Below are positions 58,997 through 64,000 of a stretch of DNA of 64,000 bases, one piece after another. Every line of letters begins with the position of its first letter. Position 1 is the stretch's first letter. The translations under genes and the position numbers were made by a program. Below the pieces are notes generated by a model. That model had not been told where the DNA came from and did no database searches. It worked only from the letters and a program-made list of their open reading frames with translations. Source of the DNA: Candidatus Omnitrophota bacterium (GTDB lineage Bacteria; Omnitrophota; Gorgyraeia; Zapsychrales; Fredricksoniimonadaceae); assembly GCA_015233335.1 (NCBI GenBank), contig JADFXX010000010.1:4560-68559 (forward strand), written 5' to 3'.

Positions 58997-60638
58997 TTTG
59001 ATCAAGCAATCCCTGTTCTTTATCTTTCTATTTTTTGTAAGTATGTCTGCTTCAGTTGCATGGGCCAATAATTTAAAATTAAACGGTTTAGATGAGGTTA
59101 CAATCAATACAGCCTCAAATACCATGACGTTTTCTTTTAACTTGACTCAGGACAATAGCTGGCGAAATGCAACTAATTACGATGCCATATGGGTTTTTAT
59201 GAAATATTCGACTGACGGCGGAGCGACCTGGAACCATGCCACCATGGCCGGTTCTGGTATTAATCCTGTCGGCTATGTAATCCCTAATGGGTTTCAGATC
59301 GTGGTTCCCGCTGATGGAAAAGGTTTTTTTCTGCAAAGGTCAGGCTATGGCACAGGGAGCATTTCTTTAACGAATATTCAGTTTGTTTGGAATTATGCCC
59401 TAGACGGCGTATCAAGTACAGTGGCTCAGGCGGCTAATACTTTGCATACTATTTATGGGGTTGAAATGGTCTATATCCCTCAAGGCGCTTTTTATGCAGG
59501 GGATGGAAGTCAGTTCGGTTCATTAGAATATGCTTTCACTCAGGGCAGCAGTGTTAATACTCCCTGGTATATTCAAAGCGAGTCAGCCATTCAGACGACC
59601 AATACGCCAAACGGAGGTTATTATTATCAAAATACCGGGGCCAAGGGTGACGAATTTCCAAGTGGGGCTTCATTTTTAATCCCTGCTTCTTTTCCTAAAG
59701 GGTTTGGGGCCTTTTATCTGATGAAATATGAACTGACCGAGGGACAATGGGTAAGTTTCTTTAATACTCTTCCTATTGCCGCTAGACCCTATCGGGATAT
59801 TACCTCCGGGAACGCAAAAACAGGCGGGAAAAATTCTCAAGGAGTGGTTAATCGAAATACGATTTCCTGGAATTCTTCTATTCCTTCTTCAATGGCCACT
59901 ACATTGAGACCCTCCCGACCGGTGAGCTACGTTTCCTGGCCGGATGTGGCGGCTTGGGCTGAGTGGGCGGCATTGAGGCCTATTACTGAATTCGAATATG
60001 AAAAAGCGGCACGGGGGATAGATAATCCGCCAACAGCGGGTGAATTTGTTTGGGGAACAACATCTTTAACAGCCCCCAATCCCGGTGATATTGTCCCGAA
60101 TAACGATGAAAATGGTACGGAAACTTTGGGTGATACTGCAAATATCAATAGCAATGCGCTAGCCTGGAGCTCAGGTGACGGTCGCAGCGGTGGCATTGCG
60201 GCGGGACAAGCAGGACCTTTACGCATCGGTATTTTTGCTGCCAGCACTTCTAACTCTACTAATCCCCGGGCCAGTAGCGGTGCCGGATTTTACGGAAATA
60301 TGGAGCTTTCCGGTAATTTAGCAGAGCCCACCGTGACTGTTGGCCGGCAAGAAGGGTTGAATTTTCATGGCACCAATGGCACAGGAAATTTAACGGCACA
60401 GGGATTTGCCACTAATGGTGACTGGCCGGGCATGGATTCCAACAACGCTAATGGAATAAACAGTACCGTTGGTATCGGTTATCGTGGCGGGGATTTTCAG
60501 TCACTGAATTCAACGGCATTTGAAACATCCGCGCGCACTTATGCGGTTAAAGACCCTGATTCACAGGGCTGTCTGCAGCGTTATGATTCGAATTGTGGAG
60601 TTTTTCAAGGAGGCCGTTTAGGCAGAGGCGCATCTTAA
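58983..60638 (+). CDS. Secreted FGE-sulfatase/SUMF1-like domain protein, paralog B
   Basis: Same architecture as 57410-58996 (MVYIPQGAFYAGD, YLMKYELTEGQWVSFFN, VSYVSWPDVAAWAEWAALRPITEFEYEKAARG, GYRGGDF; N-domain motif QDNSWRN). The ATG at 58983 gives a proper signal peptide ending VAWA-NN. Confidence 0.7.
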   Translation: MMAINLIKQSLFFIFLFFVSMSASVAWANNLKLNGLDEVTINTASNTMTFSFNLTQDNSWRNATNYDAIWVFMKYSTDGGATWNHATMAGSGINPVGYVIPNGFQIVVPADGKGFFLQRSGYGTGSISLTNIQFVWNYALDGVSSTVAQAANTLHTIYGVEMVYIPQGAFYAGDGSQFGSLEYAFTQGSSVNTPWYIQSESAIQTTNTPNGGYYYQNTGAKGDEFPSGASFLIPASFPKGFGAFYLMKYELTEGQWVSFFNTLPIAARPYRDITSGNAKTGGKNSQGVVNRNTISWNSSIPSSMATTLRPSRPVSYVSWPDVAAWAEWAALRPITEFEYEKAARGIDNPPTAGEFVWGTTSLTAPNPGDIVPNNDENGTETLGDTANINSNALAWSSGDGRSGGIAAGQAGPLRIGIFAASTSNSTNPRASSGAGFYGNMELSGNLAEPTVTVGRQEGLNFHGTNGTGNLTAQGFATNGDWPGMDSNNANGINSTVGIGYRGGDFQSLNSTAFETSARTYAVKDPDSQGCLQRYDSNCGVFQGGRLGRGAS

Positions 60639-60673
60639 GGTGAAAGAATTTTGGTATTATAAGTTAATATTGC

Positions 60674-63600
60674 ATGTCTAATAAAAACACGGGTTTAAAA
60701 TTGAAATCAAGACATTGTCCATGGAAAATTTTTGCCTTTTTGGCATTTTTCATGGTGGGTACTTTTCTCTCTTTTGCCTATGCGCAATACAGCGGTGGGG
60801 ATGAATCCACAGGTTCTGCGCAGTCTTCCATCGGTAACGACATCTATGATGGCGGTGCGCAGAATAATTCTCCCTATGCCACTTCAGGCACCAACGGAAC
60901 CCTGTCTTATGGTTCACCAACCCAGCTAGTTTTTACTGTAAGTCCGTCTGATACCAATCACTCCTTTCCATTTTCACGTCAACCGGTTGTAGCGGTTGTA
61001 GATGCCAATGGCAATGTGGTCACCGGCGACAATACCGATACAGTGACCCTTTCGATTCTGAGCAACCCCGGTAATGGTGTTTTGATGGGGACTACCACGG
61101 TTACGGTGGTCAATGGTTTGGCCCAATTTTCTAACTTAGCGATTAACGCAGCCGGCCAACTATACACTCTTAAAGCAACATCCCCCGGTCTAACCTCCGG
61201 GATATCCGCCACTTTTAATATCAATCCCGGTACCGGTCCCCAAGTTTCGGCTGTATGGGATCCAAATGGTGTTAGCGCTGGTGTTGGTGGTTATTGGATC
61301 TATGTATGGGCGGCATCAGATAATCAGAAAGAGCCTTTTAATAACACGGATACTAACGGGGTTTGTAGTAATGGGGCGGGAGCTTGTACTGGTACTTGTA
61401 CAGGTAATTGTAGCGGTGTAGGCAGCTGTCTTGGCGGTAATGGCGGTACTTGCGCGTCAGATACTTGCGCAGGTGGCGGATATTGCGTCCCAACTGGTGA
61501 TTCATGCTTTATAACAATTTATAAGGCCACAAGTGCTGCTTCACCAGTTCAGGCTAGCAATCAGGTTGCTTATTTTGATACTGATTATACGAATAATTGG
61601 TGCAAATCCCACACCGCTTGGCAACCAGACACAAACACTTCTTCATCAAGTTATTTAGCGACTGTAGTCATCAATGGAGCAACGCCCTGCGGAACCGGTG
61701 TTACAAATCCTCCAAGTTCCCCTGGCAGCGTTGGGACTGGAAGTCCGTGTACAGCTACCATTCCTCTATCATTAACCGGCGGCTCTATTATTAATGATTC
61801 GTACGGAAATGTGATTAACTGGCAGGACATAGGAGCGATTAAAGCAAAAACCGATAAAATGAATTGGTCGGAAATCGATGCTATTAGGGCGAATACTGAT
61901 TCCATCAACTGGTATGATGTAAACTATCTTGCTTCTATTTCCAGCACTGTTAATTCAATTTCTACCGCTGTCGGCACAACGGCGATCAACTGGCAGGACT
62001 TTGCCGTTGAGTCTAATCATGGTGTTAACTGGACTGATCTGGCGCGATTGTCCCTTAATGGTATCAATTGGGCAGACATGAGCGTTCTTACCAATGTAGG
62101 CGTTAACTGGTATGACTTTAATGTCCTGACCAAGAAGGGGATTAATTGGGCTGATGTAGCGACGCTTCATAATATAGGGATCAACTGGAACGATTTAGTC
62201 GTTCTGGGCCGTGCGGGCATCAATTGGAGTGATTTTGGGGTGTCCAGTAAGGTGGGTATTAATTGGCATGATATGGCGATCATGACTGGCGTCAATATTG
62301 ATTGGAACAAACCGATCAATTGGTATGATTTATCTGTTTTGACCAATACACACATTAACTGGTCTGATTTGGATGTCTTATCGGTGAATCATATCAATTG
62401 GTCTGACATTAATGTTTTAAGTTCGGTAGGAGTTAACTGGTATGACATAAATGTTTTGAGTCATGCGGGTATTAACTGGGATGATTTAGGCGTCCTGGGC
62501 CGTGTCGGTCTTAATTGGAACGATTTTGGAGTCATGAGCAAGATCGGTATTAACTGGGACGATTTTGGGGTACTCAGCAAGACAGGGGTTAACTGGAGCG
62601 ATCTGAATGTGTTAAGCCGGACAGGTATCAATTGGAATGATTTTGGCGTCTTAAGCCGTGCCGGCATTAATTGGAATGATTTGGGAGTGTTAAGCAAGAC
62701 CGGCATTAACTGGAACGATTTAAGTGTATTAGCTCGAACAGGTATAAATTGGAATGATTTAGGAGTGTTAAGCAAAACGGGTATTAATTGGAGCGATCTG
62801 AATATATTGACTCGTTCAGGGATTAATTGGAGTGATTTTGGTGTCTTGAGCCGTACTGGTCTTAATTGGAATGATTTTGAGGTCTTGAGCCGTGCAGGTA
62901 TTAATTGGAATGATTTGGGTGCCTTGAGCAAAACCGGTATTAACTGGACCGATTTAAATGTCTTGAGCCGTACAGGAATAAATTGGAACGACTTTAATAC
63001 GATAAGCCGTACAGGGATTAATTGGAATGATTTTGGGGTGTTAAGTAAGACGGGGATTAACTGGAATGATATTGACCTGTTGAGCAGGATGGGGATTAAT
63101 TGGAATGATTTTGGCGTATTAAGCAAAACAGGGATCAATTGGAATGATTTGAATGTGATAAGTCGTACAGGGATTAATTGGAATGATTTTGGGGTGTTAA
63201 GTAAAACAGGGGTCAATTGGTACGATTTGGATGTATTGAGCCGCACAGGGATTAACTGGAATGATTTAAATGTGCTGGGTCGTACGGGTCTTAATTGGGG
63301 AGATTTTGCAGTATTAGGAAAAGCAGGGATTAACTGGAATGATCTTGGTGTACTAGGCAAGACAGGGGTCAATTGGAATGATTTTGGTGTGTTAAGCAAG
63401 ACAGGAGTCAACTGGAATGATTTTGGTGTGTTAAGCAAGACAGGGGTTAATTGGAATGATCTCAATGTTCTAAGCCGCACTGGAATTAACTGGAGTGATT
63501 TAGGTGTGTTAGGTAAGGCTGGGGTGAATTGGAATGATTTAAATGTTTTAAGCCATACAGGAGTAAATTGGAATGATTTTGGAGTGTTGAGCAAAGTAGG

Positions 63601-64000
63601 TGTCAATTGGAATGCGTTGGATGTTTTGAGTAGTAATGGGATCAACTGGAATGACTTAAACGTGTTAAGCCGTATTGGACTCAATTGGAGTGATTTAGGT
63701 GTGTTGAGTAAGGCAGGAGTAAATTGGAATGATTTTGGAGTTTTGAGTAAGGTGGGTTTAAATTGGTATGATTTTGGCATTTTAGGTAAGACCGGAATTA
63801 ATTGGAATGATTTTGGCGTGTTAAGCAAAACAGGGATTAATTGGAATGATTTAGGGGGCTTGAGCAAGACAGGGATCAATTGGAATGATTTGGGAGTCTT
63901 GAGCAAGATGGGGGTCAATTGGACTGATTTGGGAGTCTTGAGCAAGATAGGAGTTAACTGGAATGATCTGAATGTGTTAAGTCGAATTGGGATTAATTGG
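60674..64000 (+). CDS. Giant secreted repeat protein (3' end beyond window): signal peptide, Ig-like domain, Cys-rich module, at least 55 tandem 13-aa GINWND repeats
   Basis: Not in the ORF track. I translated this frame by hand through 62520 and found it open from the ATG at 60674. Downstream of that point, an exact codon count of the 13-aa repeat units fits a continuous frame to nt 64000 (1109 codons in total). The protein starts MSNKNTGLKLKSRHCPWKIFAFLAFFMVGTFLSFAYAQ. Wobble-position variation among repeats keeps G-I/V-N-W constant (ggtattaactgg / gggatcaattgg / ggaataaattgg). Confidence 0.85.
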   Translation, partial: MSNKNTGLKLKSRHCPWKIFAFLAFFMVGTFLSFAYAQYSGGDESTGSAQSSIGNDIYDGGAQNNSPYATSGTNGTLSYGSPTQLVFTVSPSDTNHSFPFSRQPVVAVVDANGNVVTGDNTDTVTLSILSNPGNGVLMGTTTVTVVNGLAQFSNLAINAAGQLYTLKATSPGLTSGISATFNINPGTGPQVSAVWDPNGVSAGVGGYWIYVWAASDNQKEPFNNTDTNGVCSNGAGACTGTCTGNCSGVGSCLGGNGGTCASDTCAGGGYCVPTGDSCFITIYKATSAASPVQASNQVAYFDTDYTNNWCKSHTAWQPDTNTSSSSYLATVVINGATPCGTGVTNPPSSPGSVGTGSPCTATIPLSLTGGSIINDSYGNVINWQDIGAIKAKTDKMNWSEIDAIRANTDSINWYDVNYLASISSTVNSISTAVGTTAINWQDFAVESNHGVNWTDLARLSLNGINWADMSVLTNVGVNWYDFNVLTKKGINWADVATLHNIGINWNDLVVLGRAGINWSDFGVSSKVGINWHDMAIMTGVNIDWNKPINWYDLSVLTNTHINWSDLDVLSVNHINWSDINVLSSVGVNWYDINVLSHAGINWDDLGVLGRVGLNWNDFGVMSKIGINWDDFGVLSKTGVNWSDLNVLSRTGINWNDFGVLSRAGINWNDLGVLSKTGINWNDLSVLARTGINWNDLGVLSKTGINWSDLNILTRSGINWSDFGVLSRTGLNWNDFEVLSRAGINWNDLGALSKTGINWTDLNVLSRTGINWNDFNTISRTGINWNDFGVLSKTGINWNDIDLLSRMGINWNDFGVLSKTGINWNDLNVISRTGINWNDFGVLSKTGVNWYDLDVLSRTGINWNDLNVLGRTGLNWGDFAVLGKAGINWNDLGVLGKTGVNWNDFGVLSKTGVNWNDFGVLSKTGVNWNDLNVLSRTGINWSDLGVLGKAGVNWNDLNVLSHTGVNWNDFGVLSKVGVNWNALDVLSSNGINWNDLNVLSRIGLNWSDLGVLSKAGVNWNDFGVLSKVGLNWYDFGILGKTGINWNDFGVLSKTGINWNDLGGLSKTGINWNDLGVLSKMGVNWTDLGVLSKIGVNWNDLNVLSRIGINW
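61811..64000 (+). repeat. Tandem 39-bp (13-codon) coding repeat array, at least 55 units, continuing past the window end
   Basis: The first three units (61811-61984) are degenerate. Strict 13-codon phasing runs from 61985, where 672 codons equal 51 full units, one 6-aa unit and a final INW. Consensus G-[IV]-N-W-[NS]-D-[FL]-[GN]-V-L-S-[KR]-T. Confidence 0.95.

Noticed and set aside
62461-63945. 494-aa minus-strand ORF (PKSFQLIPVLLNT... repeats) given in the ORF track
   Set aside because: It is the antisense shadow of the 39-bp repeat array. The + frame is continuous for 3.3 kb from a start codon with a signal peptide and non-repeat domains, and it continues the operon orientation. Inter-repeat differences are synonymous in the + frame (G-I/V-N-W is preserved across ggt/ggg/gga and att/atc/ata). 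The minus ORF has no upstream context and exists only inside the repeats.
61985-64000. RTX-type calcium-binding repeat or LRR interpretation of GINWND units
   Set aside because: RTX nonapeptides (GGxGxDxUx) and LRR consensus (LxxLxLxxNxL, at least 20 aa) do not fit the strict 13-aa period or the invariant N-W. The resemblance is limited to G...D spacing, so no known family is assigned.

Overview
Bacterial chromosomal segment, AT-leaning, with almost all genes on the + strand and tightly packed; many junctions are ATGA or TAATG overlaps. Housekeeping content: dnaE (5' end cut by the window), ribD-ribE, fabZ, tRNA-Pro, acyP, ligA, xerD, rbfA-nrnA-truB-ribF, a dcw cell-wall/division cluster running mraZ to ftsA, tRNA-Arg, and a gcvT-gcvH-gcvPA-gcvPB-lipoate ligase operon. 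Two accessory systems stand out. (1) Three large signal-peptide proteins (5594-8569, 8638-14286, 22094-25873) share an N-terminal module of roughly 350 aa and a C-terminal 'GGIDL...GFVPVII' module of about 70 aa. These modules bracket unrelated central cargo: M15/LAS-like plus JAMM-like motifs, a roughly 1450-aa region with a methyltransferase-like patch, and a HEAT-like region. All three share a promoter-like block. (2) An apparent operon at 54.3-64 kb encodes a GspC/PilP-like protein, a secretin, a TPR protein and two FGE/SUMF1-like paralogs. It ends in a + strand ORF that the ORF track does not list (60674 to past the window end). That ORF holds at least 55 tandem 13-aa 'GINWNDxxVLSKT' repeats. 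The track reports only the antisense shadow of this array. I saw no CRISPR array, IS element, prophage or rRNA gene. The gene content (orphan secretin, giant repeat protein, no ftsZ next to ftsA) hints at an uncultivated PVC/Omnitrophota-like lineage, but that is a guess and cannot be verified from this window.
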